From assembly GCA_964544075.1 (NCBI GenBank), contig CAZJBO010000001.1:1-26441 (forward strand): 26,441 nt of DNA, given 5' to 3'. This DNA is from an uncultured Anaerolineae bacterium. GTDB taxonomy: Bacteria; Chloroflexota; Anaerolineae; Aggregatilineales; JAFGMM01. Of this stretch, positions 6,785 through 15,257 are shown in pieces. How positions within the stretch are numbered: position 1 is the stretch's first letter; each line of letters begins with the position of its first letter. The notes beneath the pieces are model-generated. The model did no database searches and was not told the DNA's origin. It saw only the letters and a list, made by a program, of their open reading frames with translations. The translations under genes were made by a program, and so were the position numbers.

Positions 6785-8863
6785 ATGATAGAGAAACACA
6801 CATACCTCACGCTGCGCGCCGAACTCGCCGCGCTTGTATTAATCCTCCTCATCGCCGCAGCCTTCCGGATACCGGGGCTTGACCGCATCCCGCCGGGGCT
6901 GCAACACGACGAAATCTTCTATGCGCAAGATGCCGCCGGTGTCCAACAAGGCCATCGTCCCATCTACTTTGCATCCAACAACGGACGTGAACCCCTCTAC
7001 ATCTACCTCATGGCCGGTACACTCTCCATCTTCGGGCACAACGCGCTGGGTATCCGCATGGCGTCGGTGATATGCGGCATGTTGACCGTGCTGTTTATCC
7101 ACCTCTGGGGGCGCGAGGCATGGAACGCACGGGTTGGGTTGATCGGGGCAGCGCTCACCGCCACCACGCTGTGGCCGATATTCATCAGCCGGACCGGGCT
7201 GCGTGCGGTCAGCTTGCCGATGGCGGTTGCGATGGTTGGGTGGCTGTTCGCACGGGCGCTAAACCGGGGCGATGCGCCGCAAGCATGGCGTGCGTGGCTC
7301 ATCGCGGGCGGGGCGCTTGGCCTCACCGAATACACCTATCTGGCAGCGCGCGTTGTGCCGGGCGGATATGGGGCATTCTTTATCCTGACCCTGTTCACGG
7401 GTCGGCCAAACATCAGGCGCACATGGTGTAGGTGGCTGATCTTCGGCGCGGCGGCGTTGCTGATCTTCGCCCCGTTGGGCTGGTACCTGCTAAACACACC
7501 CGGCGTCGAAGCGCGCTTCGATCAGCTCGGCGGCCCGCTCGATGACCTAAAGGCCGGTGACCCCGGCCCGCTCATTGATGGCACGTTGCGCACGCTGGGC
7601 ATGTTTACGTTCGAAGGCGACCCGGTGTGGCGTTACAACGTGGCGGGACGCCCGGTCTTCGGCTGGGGTGTGGGGCTGCTGTTCTATATCGGTGTGGTAT
7701 GGTGCATCCGACACCGGCGCGCGCCGCAATCCGCCTTGCTGATAATCGGCCTGGCGGTGGCGCTCACGCCGAGCGCGGCCACCCCGACACCACCGGCATT
7801 TCTCCGCGCGGGGGCGGCGCTGCCGGCGGCTATGCTGTTGCCGGCACTGGGCGCGGAATGGCTTATGAGTAAGGCGGCGGCATGGCACGCTGCCCCACAC
7901 TCCGGCGGCCTTTTGAGGAAAGCCGGACCAAAGACCTTCGTTCTATTGCTGATCGTTGTAATCGGCATTGCGGGGGTATCCACGGCGAAGGATTACTTCA
8001 GAGTGTGGCCGTCCGAGTCCGAGGTTATCGCGGCGTACCGAGGCGATCTGCGCGCGGCGGCGGCGTGGATAGATGCGGCGCGTCCCGACCGCCCGGTGGT
8101 TATCGGCACGTCGGAGCCACATCACCTTGACCCGTTCATCTTCGACTATACGCCGCACGGTGACGCCGATCTGCGCTGGGTGGATGCGATGCAAGCCCTT
8201 GTGCTGCCGGAGGGTGGCGCGTCGGCGGTGTACATTAGCCCGGCAACGACGCCCTTTAACCCGCGTCTAACCGCGATGTTCTTCGGCCAAGCCGCACCTA
8301 CCCAGCCGCGCCGACTGCCGGGCGGTGCTTCGGCCTTCGCGTTGTATGACCTCGACACCCAAGATGCGGTCAGCCGGGTTTTGGAGGCAGCGCGCAGCCC
8401 GGTCTACGTAAGCGATGCGGCGGCCTTCCCCACGGCTGATCCGCGCGGTTGGGCGACGCGCCTTGACTACCCGGTATGCTTGGACGGGCGCTTGGACTTC
8501 CTCGGCTACACGCACGATGAGACGGCGCAAGCCGGTGAGAATCTAAACCTGGTTTTGTTCTTTAGGCCGATGCGCGACTCAAGCGGGGTTGAGCCGCTGG
8601 CGATCTTTGCGCACTTGCTCACGTCGGAGGGAGAGCTTGCGGCGGGGCGCGACTTCCTGGCGGTGCCGGCGCGTGACTGGCGTGCCGGTGATGTGTTTGT
8701 GCAGTTGCATGACCTGTGGCTCGACCCGATGCTGCCGTCGGGCGCTTATGTATTAGAGGTAGGGGTATATTCGCAAGCCGATATGCGCCGCTTCGCGGTG
8801 CGGGGAAGCGATGGGGTGGTCGTGGGGGACCGTTTGATCTTGGCCCCGGTGGTGTTAAAATAA
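6785..8863 (+). CDS. GT-C fold glycosyltransferase (GT39/PMT_2/ArnT-like) with C-terminal extracytoplasmic Ig-like domain
   Basis: TM1 is followed by LQHDEIFY (GT-C DE motif), then REPLYIYL, GIRMASV and many TM helices. The C-terminal domain has LDFLGY...W..GD...L...PSGAYVLEVGVY. Start at 6785 chosen because the ORF-track extension overlaps the previous gene and lies upstream of the promoter. Confidence 0.8.
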   Translation: MIEKHTYLTLRAELAALVLILLIAAAFRIPGLDRIPPGLQHDEIFYAQDAAGVQQGHRPIYFASNNGREPLYIYLMAGTLSIFGHNALGIRMASVICGMLTVLFIHLWGREAWNARVGLIGAALTATTLWPIFISRTGLRAVSLPMAVAMVGWLFARALNRGDAPQAWRAWLIAGGALGLTEYTYLAARVVPGGYGAFFILTLFTGRPNIRRTWCRWLIFGAAALLIFAPLGWYLLNTPGVEARFDQLGGPLDDLKAGDPGPLIDGTLRTLGMFTFEGDPVWRYNVAGRPVFGWGVGLLFYIGVVWCIRHRRAPQSALLIIGLAVALTPSAATPTPPAFLRAGAALPAAMLLPALGAEWLMSKAAAWHAAPHSGGLLRKAGPKTFVLLLIVVIGIAGVSTAKDYFRVWPSESEVIAAYRGDLRAAAAWIDAARPDRPVVIGTSEPHHLDPFIFDYTPHGDADLRWVDAMQALVLPEGGASAVYISPATTPFNPRLTAMFFGQAAPTQPRRLPGGASAFALYDLDTQDAVSRVLEAARSPVYVSDAAAFPTADPRGWATRLDYPVCLDGRLDFLGYTHDETAQAGENLNLVLFFRPMRDSSGVEPLAIFAHLLTSEGELAAGRDFLAVPARDWRAGDVFVQLHDLWLDPMLPSGAYVLEVGVYSQADMRRFAVRGSDGVVVGDRLILAPVVLK

Positions 8864-8865
8864 AC

Positions 8866-8889
8866 AGAGGGCACCATGTGGTGCCCTCT
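8866..8889 (-). terminator. intrinsic terminator between convergent genes (mainly for the RRM gene)
   Basis: Perfect inverted repeat AGAGGGCACCA / TGGTGCCCTCT. The minus strand continues GTTTATTTT; the + side has only TCT. Confidence 0.8.
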
Positions 8890-8913
8890 TCTAATGTCTA
8901 ATTATCGTTGAGT

Positions 8914-9192
8914 TTAGTAGTCGCGATCGTAACTGCGACGGCGTTCCGTGCGCTCGCGCGCAAGGTCTACACGTAGGGTGCGCCCGCCAAGTTCCTGGCC
9001 GTTAAAGCGCTGCATGGCATCCTGCGCCTCCGCCTCAGTTTTGAACTCGACAAAGCCGAAGCCACGTGACCGACCGGTTTCGCGGTCCATCAGGATGACA
9101 GCCGACTCGATTTCGCCGGCCTGGGAGAAGTGTTCTTCCAGCTCGGCTTCGGTGGTGCGGTAGGACAGATTACCAACGTACAATTTTCTCAC
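8914..9192 (-). CDS. single-RRM RNA-binding protein (Rbp family)
   Basis: RNP2 KLYVGNL, RNP1 RSRGFGFVEF, LNGQELGGRTLRV-type tail. GTG start at 9192 lies 7 nt after SD GAAGGAGA. Confidence 0.92.
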   Translation of the reverse strand: MRKLYVGNLSYRTTEAELEEHFSQAGEIESAVILMDRETGRSRGFGFVEFKTEAEAQDAMQRFNGQELGGRTLRVDLARERTERRRSYDRDY

Positions 9193-9240
9193 TGCTTGAT
9201 CTCCTTCGATCATAAACATTTGTCCGGCAGCCCGATAACT

Positions 9241-9267
9241 AAAAAAAGCCCGCCAAGAGCGTTAGCT
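9241..9267 (-). terminator. putative attenuator terminator in the RRM leader
   Basis: Minus strand AGCU-AA-CGC ucuug GCG-GGCU followed by a U run (7 T including the last stem base), about 50 nt upstream of the RRM start codon. Confidence 0.5.
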
Positions 9268-9269
9268 CC

Positions 9270-9308
9270 TTATGCAAGCTCCAGGTAAGCACAATAATGC
9301 TTCCTCAT
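9270..9308 (-). CDS. putative 12-aa leader peptide (MRKHYCAYLELA)
   Basis: ATG at 9308 to TAA at 9272-9270, inside the RRM 5' leader, ending 2 nt before the hairpin. The SD is weak. Confidence 0.3.
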   Translation of the reverse strand: MRKHYCAYLELA

Positions 9309-9344
9309 AGTCAGGCAACCAAGACCGCAGAACGCTACAGCCAA

Positions 9345-9373
9345 AGCATAGCACAAATGTAGTTTCCTGACAA
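9345..9373 (-). promoter_or_regulatory. sigma70-type promoter of the RRM gene
   Basis: Minus strand TTGTCA (9373-9368), 17 bp, TATGCT (9350-9345), with an extended -10 TG. Confidence 0.75.
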
Positions 9374-9402
9374 GCAGCGTGGAGCACAAAATTTTCCGGT
9401 GC

Positions 9403-10800
9403 CTAGCCCTCGCCCCATTCGGCGCGTGACCGTTCCAGCGCGTCTTCCAAATCCGCCAGGGTCGTCACGCCGGACATGCGCCACATGAAGTCCTTTAGGC
9501 TGGGCGCGCGCCGTCGTATCTCGCGGATCGCCGGGCCGATGGGGTCTGTGCCGGCAGCGCCGCCAGGCTCGGCTTGATAGCCACCATAAAAGGCAAAGTA
9601 TGCCTGGTTCAGCTTGCGGATGGGGTGTCCATGTGCCACAAACACACGGCGGCGCATCTCCATATAGGCCTCGGCGTCATCGATCGCGCCTTCGGCCAAC
9701 AGTGCGTCCACCCTGACGCGCGTCTCGTGCATCTCGGCGCCGAAGTCGAAGGCGGGCGTGGCGGCGGGTTCGGGCGCGGGCGTCTCGATCTCGGCGGCCC
9801 AGGGGAGCGGTGGCAGCTCCGGTGCCCACTCTGGATAGAAGCGGCGCACCACCTTATCGGCAAGCTCTTTGCCGACGATGCTCACCGTTGTCTCGTTGAT
9901 GGCGTTGCTCTCCGGGTGTGTGCCAAAGTAGCTCAGTCCGTTGGGGAAGAATAAGAACCAGTGGTGGCCCCACTCGTGCGCGCTGACCTCAAAGGCCGAG
10001 TAATACCAGCCGGTTTCGATGACCATTGAAGGGTAAAGCGCCATGCCACCGATGGGCACAACCAGCGACGCCACATCAAGCTCGGCGTCCACCTCGGCCT
10101 CGACCTGTGCCTTTAGGTCAACGGGCAGGCCGGGTATAAGCGCCTGTGTGTACTCGGTCTCGATGCGGTCACGCGGGGAGATGATGAGCACATTAGGCAG
10201 TGCGCTGAAGTGCATCGACACCGGCGGCAAGACCTGCCCCAGCGTCGCTATACCTTCCTCGCGCAGCACCGAGGCGATCTGGCCTTCGATAATCGACTCG
10301 GCAAGCGCTTGTCGGTGGCGCTGTTCGGCACGCAGCCGGTCGCGTGCGGCGCGGAGGTCGGCGCTGGCGGCGGCAGGGTCGATGACGTCGGGGTCGGCAT
10401 AAATCCCCTCGATTTGCTGTTCCAATTGATGGATATCGTATACCAAGCGCAGATAGTCGCGCACCACCTGTGCACGGTTGGCCTCATCGAGGTAAGGGTG
10501 GATGCCGAAGAGTTCCGCATCGAGCTTGCTCGCGACCGCGCTCAGCTCCCACGAGACATAATCAAAGGCATAGTCGGCGGTCACACGGCCCAACGTGGCA
10601 AGGATGCCCCAGGGTTTAGGCGTGGCATAGGTGATGGACAGGGCAAAGAACAACAACAACGCGCCGATATCCAAGCGGCGTAGGGGCCGGCGTGCGCTCT
10701 GTATCAGCCGCGCACATAGAAGGCCCCGCCGGGCAGCGGGGCGCGTCGTATCTTTGCTTGGGGCCGGTTCCAAGCCGGCCCCGGTCGCGTCATCATTCAT
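9403..10800 (-). CDS. membrane-anchored putative zinc metallopeptidase (HExxH...NE; putative-aminopeptidase-like)
   Basis: One TM/signal helix (IGALLLFFALSITYA), AHEWGHH followed about 20 aa later by NET (gluzincin-type third ligand), and C-terminal RKLNQAYFAFYGGY. The start codon is uncertain; the first ~40 aa may not be translated. Confidence 0.65.
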   Translation of the reverse strand: MNDDATGAGLEPAPSKDTTRPAARRGLLCARLIQSARRPLRRLDIGALLLFFALSITYATPKPWGILATLGRVTADYAFDYVSWELSAVASKLDAELFGIHPYLDEANRAQVVRDYLRLVYDIHQLEQQIEGIYADPDVIDPAAASADLRAARDRLRAEQRHRQALAESIIEGQIASVLREEGIATLGQVLPPVSMHFSALPNVLIISPRDRIETEYTQALIPGLPVDLKAQVEAEVDAELDVASLVVPIGGMALYPSMVIETGWYYSAFEVSAHEWGHHWFLFFPNGLSYFGTHPESNAINETTVSIVGKELADKVVRRFYPEWAPELPPLPWAAEIETPAPEPAATPAFDFGAEMHETRVRVDALLAEGAIDDAEAYMEMRRRVFVAHGHPIRKLNQAYFAFYGGYQAEPGGAAGTDPIGPAIREIRRRAPSLKDFMWRMSGVTTLADLEDALERSRAEWGEG

Positions 10801-10802
10801 GT

Positions 10803-12065
10803 CTAATCTTCATGTCTAAAGCGCCACAAGCCGATGGCGAAGAAGCCTATCGCATAGAGCATCAGGACCGCCAGGTAGGGCAATATGCCGACAAGGTCTT
10901 TGCCCTTGAAGAGCATCGCATTGAAAGCATCCATCGCCCAAGCAACGGGCGATACGATGTGCCCGATGACGTCCATGAAGTGCGGCGAGAGGTCCATCGG
11001 CCACCAAGCCCCGCCCAACGGTGCAAGGATTATCCCAAGCAAGGTGCCGAGCGCCGAGGCTTGCGCCAGGGTGCGGACGGTCGCGGCCAGGGCAAGGCCC
11101 ATCGCGGTGACGGTGAAGGTATAGACCAGGCCCAGCGTGAAGATGGCTACGAAATCGCTGCCATAGTCGACGCCGAGCAGCAGCCCAACGAAGATGATGA
11201 GGAAGTATTCGGCAAAGCCGACGATGAAATAGGCGATGAGCTTGCCGCCCATGACGGCCCAGCGTGGCACCGGCATGACTACCAGCCGGGCAAAGGTCCC
11301 GTCTTGGCGCGCGCGCACGATCGATTCGGCGATGCTGAGCACATTCATCATCACGAACATGCAGGCCATGCCCGGCGCCGATTGGCTAAAGCCGTCGAAG
11401 TCGTTGCCTTCTTCCTTGCCCACTGCCTCAACCTTTAGCACGACGGGGGGTGTCTCCCAAGCTGTCTCGGCAGACCGGTAGACGGCGTTGAAGAAGGCTT
11501 CGGTATCCGCAGCGTCGATGGCGTTGGCGGCTTGCGCTGCCGCCAGGCTGAGGCGGGCCGTAACTACCGAACCGCTCGCGCGGCTCACGGCGGCGTTCAC
11601 CGATTGGCGGATTATGGCGGGAGCATCGTACCCGGCGTTGGCGCGGTAGGCGATATTCACGTCCTTGCCGGCGAGGATGTCGTCTTCAAAGCCGGCGGGG
11701 ATGATGACGGCAGCATAGACATCGTCGTTTTCTATGCGCTTTTGCACGAGCGCGTCGGGGCTGAGATCGGTCTCTTTGGACAGGCCGCAGCCTTCCGGTT
11801 GGTCGGCGGGCGCATCGCTGAGCACACAGATCATCAATGTGCCCTCGTTGACCGCGCGCAGGGTATCGATTAGGCGGGCGGATAGGGCGCTGCCGTCATG
11901 ATCGACCACGTCGAGCGGGATGTCCACACTGGCGTCGAAGCTGCTGATGCCGAGACCGATAATCACCGTGAAGATCAGTGGCATCGCCAAGAGAAAGATC
12001 AATGTCGTGGCGTTGTTGAAGTTGACGCGCAGTTCATTGATGGTAATTGTGAAGAGGTTCCGCAT
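10803..12065 (-). CDS. ABC-2 type exporter permease with large extracytoplasmic domain
   Basis: N-terminal TM, VVDHDGSALS, RARQDGTFARLVVMP, MGGK, GGAWWP and five C-terminal TM helices. Confidence 0.9.
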   Translation of the reverse strand: MRNLFTITINELRVNFNNATTLIFLLAMPLIFTVIIGLGISSFDASVDIPLDVVDHDGSALSARLIDTLRAVNEGTLMICVLSDAPADQPEGCGLSKETDLSPDALVQKRIENDDVYAAVIIPAGFEDDILAGKDVNIAYRANAGYDAPAIIRQSVNAAVSRASGSVVTARLSLAAAQAANAIDAADTEAFFNAVYRSAETAWETPPVVLKVEAVGKEEGNDFDGFSQSAPGMACMFVMMNVLSIAESIVRARQDGTFARLVVMPVPRWAVMGGKLIAYFIVGFAEYFLIIFVGLLLGVDYGSDFVAIFTLGLVYTFTVTAMGLALAATVRTLAQASALGTLLGIILAPLGGAWWPMDLSPHFMDVIGHIVSPVAWAMDAFNAMLFKGKDLVGILPYLAVLMLYAIGFFAIGLWRFRHED

Positions 12066-12089
12066 GATAATGATAAGCCTCCCGGCAGC

Positions 12090-13355
12090 CTAGAATTCCA
12101 GGCGGCGACTGAAGCGCCACACGCCGATTGCGAAGTAGACGGTGCCCATCAGCGTCAACACCAGCAAGTGCGGTGCGATGGCAGATAGCCCACCGCCGCC
12201 TGCCAGCGCTGCGAAGCCCTCGATGCCCCACCAGTTGAGTGTCATCTGGCTGAGGAACTTTGCATTGCCGAGGAAGTTGGTCTGGGTGAAGGAGCCGGAG
12301 AGCACGCCCATCACCATGAGGATGCCGGTGCCATAGGTGCCGAGTTGCTGTGGTTCCTTCACCAGCGAGGCGATCAATGCCCCCAGCCCGACCGCTGCGA
12401 AGACCGCCGTCATGACCAGCATTGCAATCGGCAGCACGTTGCTGCCCCAATTGGCGCCGAGCACGCTGGTCGCGACCAGCAAGATGACGAGCTGCGACAC
12501 GCCGATGAGGTAGACTGCGGCCATCTTGCCGGCCAGGATCATTGCGCGGGGCGTGGGGCTGGCGATCATGCGTTGCAAGGTCCCCTGCTTCTGCTCGGTG
12601 AGCAGCTCGCCGGCCCCCATTGTCACGTTGAAGGTGAGGAAGAAGATCGCCATGCTGGGCGCGATGACCGAGATGAGGTCAAAGTCTCGCTTTTTGCCCT
12701 CGGCGCTCTCCTCGCGGATGGTGATAGGCGTTGCGGTATAAGCCTCGCCTTCTAGCAGCGCGTTGGTCAGGTTGCCGATGGCGACCGGTACTTGCAGGCC
12801 CTCTAGCCGTTCGCTCAGCGCCGCGATGCCGACGTTGGCGGTGATGGTGCCGGTAGAGACACGGTTTAGCCATTCGGTTAGTATGCTTTCGACCACGCGG
12901 TATGATACGGGCGCGAAGCGGCTGTAGTAGAGCAGCACTGTGCTTTGACCTGTGCTGTCGGCCTGTGAATTGGTTTGTGCCGAGAAGTCTTCGGGGATGA
13001 GGATCATCGCCACGGCTTCGCCGGATTCGATCATATGCCGCGCTTGGGCTTCATCCTTCACCTCACGGGCGGCAAGGAATTGTTCGAGCGTGGGGCTGGG
13101 CGGCGCGATGAAGAATTCGGTCATCTGGTCGCCGAGGTTGAGTGTATCACCGGTCGGGAGTTCGACGCCTTGATCTTGGTTGACCATGAGCACGCTAATG
13201 TGCTCAACTGCGATGTCGTTGCTGCCCATATTGCCGAAGGCTAGGCCGATGATAAGCGAGATGCCGAAAGGTGCGGCAAACATGAACACCAGCGCCATCC
13301 TATCGGTATAGGAGATATAGATGTCTTTCCAGATCATTGAGAGGAGTTTGCGCAT
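12090..13355 (-). CDS. ABC-2 type exporter permease with large extracytoplasmic domain
   Basis: MRKLLSMIWKDI, VNQDQG, EQKQGTLQRMIASP, LAGK, LSGSF. ATG 13355 preferred, 5 nt after the ATPase stop. Confidence 0.9.
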   Translation of the reverse strand: MRKLLSMIWKDIYISYTDRMALVFMFAAPFGISLIIGLAFGNMGSNDIAVEHISVLMVNQDQGVELPTGDTLNLGDQMTEFFIAPPSPTLEQFLAAREVKDEAQARHMIESGEAVAMILIPEDFSAQTNSQADSTGQSTVLLYYSRFAPVSYRVVESILTEWLNRVSTGTITANVGIAALSERLEGLQVPVAIGNLTNALLEGEAYTATPITIREESAEGKKRDFDLISVIAPSMAIFFLTFNVTMGAGELLTEQKQGTLQRMIASPTPRAMILAGKMAAVYLIGVSQLVILLVATSVLGANWGSNVLPIAMLVMTAVFAAVGLGALIASLVKEPQQLGTYGTGILMVMGVLSGSFTQTNFLGNAKFLSQMTLNWWGIEGFAALAGGGGLSAIAPHLLVLTLMGTVYFAIGVWRFSRRLEF

Positions 13356-13360
13356 AGCAT

Positions 13361-14311
13361 TCACTCCCGCAGCGCGCGCCCGGTTAGGTGCAAGAAGACC
13401 GCTTCAAGGTCGGGTTCTTCCACCGCAACGGATTCTATGCGCACGCCCATTTTATCGGCGATGTTGATAGCTTGGGGCAAAGCCCGACGTCCGCGCTTCG
13501 CCAGCAAGGTAATCTCGCCGTTGGCGACGGAGACACGGGACACACCTTCGATCTTTTGTAAAGCTAGGAGCAGCACGTCGGAAGCCGCATCTACCTGCAA
13601 GCGCAGCGTGTCTTCCTCGCCGATCTTACTAATCAGCTCGCCCACCGTCCCAACCGCGATCATCTCGCCGTTGTCGATGATGCCGACCCGGTGGCTTAGC
13701 TCCTGGGCCTCTTCCATGTAATGGGTCGTGTAGAGCACGGTCATGCCGTATTCTTCGTTGAGGAGCTTGACCGTATCAAGGATGCGGCGGCGGCTCTGCG
13801 GGTCAACCCCGACGGTCGGCTCGTCCATATACACGATCTTGGGGCGGTGCAGCAAGCCGATGCCGATATTGACGCGCCGCTTCATGCCGCCCGAATACTT
13901 CTCGACCTTCGTATCGGCGCGGTCCGTCAGATTGATAAACTCCAATACTTCATTGACGCGCCGGTTGAGTTCGGCGCCGTGTAGGTCATACAAAGCGCCA
14001 AAGAAGCGCAAGTTCTGCTGCGCCGTCAGGCTGGGGTAGAGCGCGATCTCTTGTGGCACCACGCCTATGACCTTCTTCACCGCCATCGGCTCTTTGATGA
14101 TAGAGTGTCCGTCGATGATAGCGTCGCCGCCGGAGGGGGTGAGCAATCCGCTAATCATGGAGATGGTAGTAGTCTTACCGGCCCCGTTGGGACCGAGGAG
14201 GCTAAATATCTCGCCCTCTTCGATGTCTAGGTCCACATCTTTGACCGCCCAGACCCCATCGGGTGGGTCATATTGTTTGCGCAGGTCTTGGATATGAATA
14301 ATTGGAGGCAT
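13361..14311 (-). CDS. ABC exporter ATP-binding subunit (DrrA/LnrL-like)
   Basis: Walker A GPNGAGKT, Q-loop VPQE, signature YSGGMKRR, Walker B YMDEPT, H-loop TTHY, C-terminal EPDLEAVFLHLTG. SD AAGGAG. Confidence 0.95.
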   Translation of the reverse strand: MPPIIHIQDLRKQYDPPDGVWAVKDVDLDIEEGEIFSLLGPNGAGKTTTISMISGLLTPSGGDAIIDGHSIIKEPMAVKKVIGVVPQEIALYPSLTAQQNLRFFGALYDLHGAELNRRVNEVLEFINLTDRADTKVEKYSGGMKRRVNIGIGLLHRPKIVYMDEPTVGVDPQSRRRILDTVKLLNEEYGMTVLYTTHYMEEAQELSHRVGIIDNGEMIAVGTVGELISKIGEEDTLRLQVDAASDVLLLALQKIEGVSRVSVANGEITLLAKRGRRALPQAINIADKMGVRIESVAVEEPDLEAVFLHLTGRALRE

Positions 14312-14460
14312 TCTCCACTCCTTAGTTTCGAGCCGGTGACATTCGACGCATATGTATAATGCTTACAATACGTAAAGATGCCCTTGACGGTTGCACAGCA
14401 AACCGCCTGGGCAACAATGCATGTTTCTGTTAAGTGAACAACAATGACGAGTGGTGCTGG

Positions 14461-15123
14461 TTAGTCAATGTGCGGGTCAGAGAAGCCGTGCTGACCGATC
14501 AACGGCACGAACATCACCGAGGCGACCCGTTCGATGTTCCATGTATCACCATGCCGCCACACCCGCTCAAGCCACTGACCATCGCGGCTGCCCACCGGCA
14601 GTACCAGACGTCCGCCGTCGGTGAGCTGTCCACGCAAGGGGCTGGGTACAGAGGGCGCCGCCGCCGAAACCACGATCGCATCAAAGGGTGCCATATCGGG
14701 GAGGCCCTGGCTGCCATCGCCCAGATGTATTTCGAGGTTGGTGAACCCCAGCTCGCCCAGGAGCCGTCCGGACCGGTCGGCAAGCGCGGCGTGGCGCTCA
14801 AGGCTGAAGACCTGGGCCGCCAGCTTACATAAGATCGCCGTGTGATAGCCGGAGCCGGTGCCGATCTCCAGCACGGTTTCATGCCCGCTCAATTGGAGGA
14901 GCTGTGACATCAAAGCAACTATGTAAGGCTGCGAGATGGTTTGATTGTTGCCGATAGGCAGAGGTCCATCACGGTAGGCGAGATGGCGGTATTCTTCGGG
15001 GACAAAACGATGGCGTGGAACCTCTCGCATCGCCTGCAAGACGCGCGCATCAATGATATCGCGCGATTCGATCTGATCTTCAACCATGCGCTCACGCAAT
15101 GCCCGGAAATCCACCTCGGCCAC
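14461..15123 (-). CDS. pcm: protein-L-isoaspartate(D-aspartate) O-methyltransferase
   Basis: VPRHRFVP, QTISQPYIVA, VLEIGTGSGY, GDGSQG, APFDAIVVSAA, GGRLVLPVG. GTG start at 15123 lies 6 nt after SD AAAGGAG. Confidence 0.95.
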   Translation of the reverse strand: MAEVDFRALRERMVEDQIESRDIIDARVLQAMREVPRHRFVPEEYRHLAYRDGPLPIGNNQTISQPYIVALMSQLLQLSGHETVLEIGTGSGYHTAILCKLAAQVFSLERHAALADRSGRLLGELGFTNLEIHLGDGSQGLPDMAPFDAIVVSAAAPSVPSPLRGQLTDGGRLVLPVGSRDGQWLERVWRHGDTWNIERVASVMFVPLIGQHGFSDPHID

Positions 15124-15176
15124 CGGATTCTCCTTTTTCCCCAATCAAGGTCATGCCTTGCATCAACGTCAAGCGC

Positions 15177-15204
15177 ATTATACAAGCATTCACACCCACG
15201 GCAA
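15177..15204 (-). promoter_or_regulatory. sigma70-type promoter of pcm
   Basis: Minus strand TTGCCG (15204-15199), 16 bp, TATAAT (15182-15177). Confidence 0.6.
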
Positions 15205-15257
15205 ATTCCGCCGCCGAGGTCCAATGGTTTGAAACCCGCCGGCGCGCTGCGGGCCGG

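Noticed and set aside
14461-15123. pcm as part of the glycan-methylation pathway
   Set aside because: It has all canonical PIMT motifs and its own promoter (15177-15204); a housekeeping repair enzyme that is merely adjacent.
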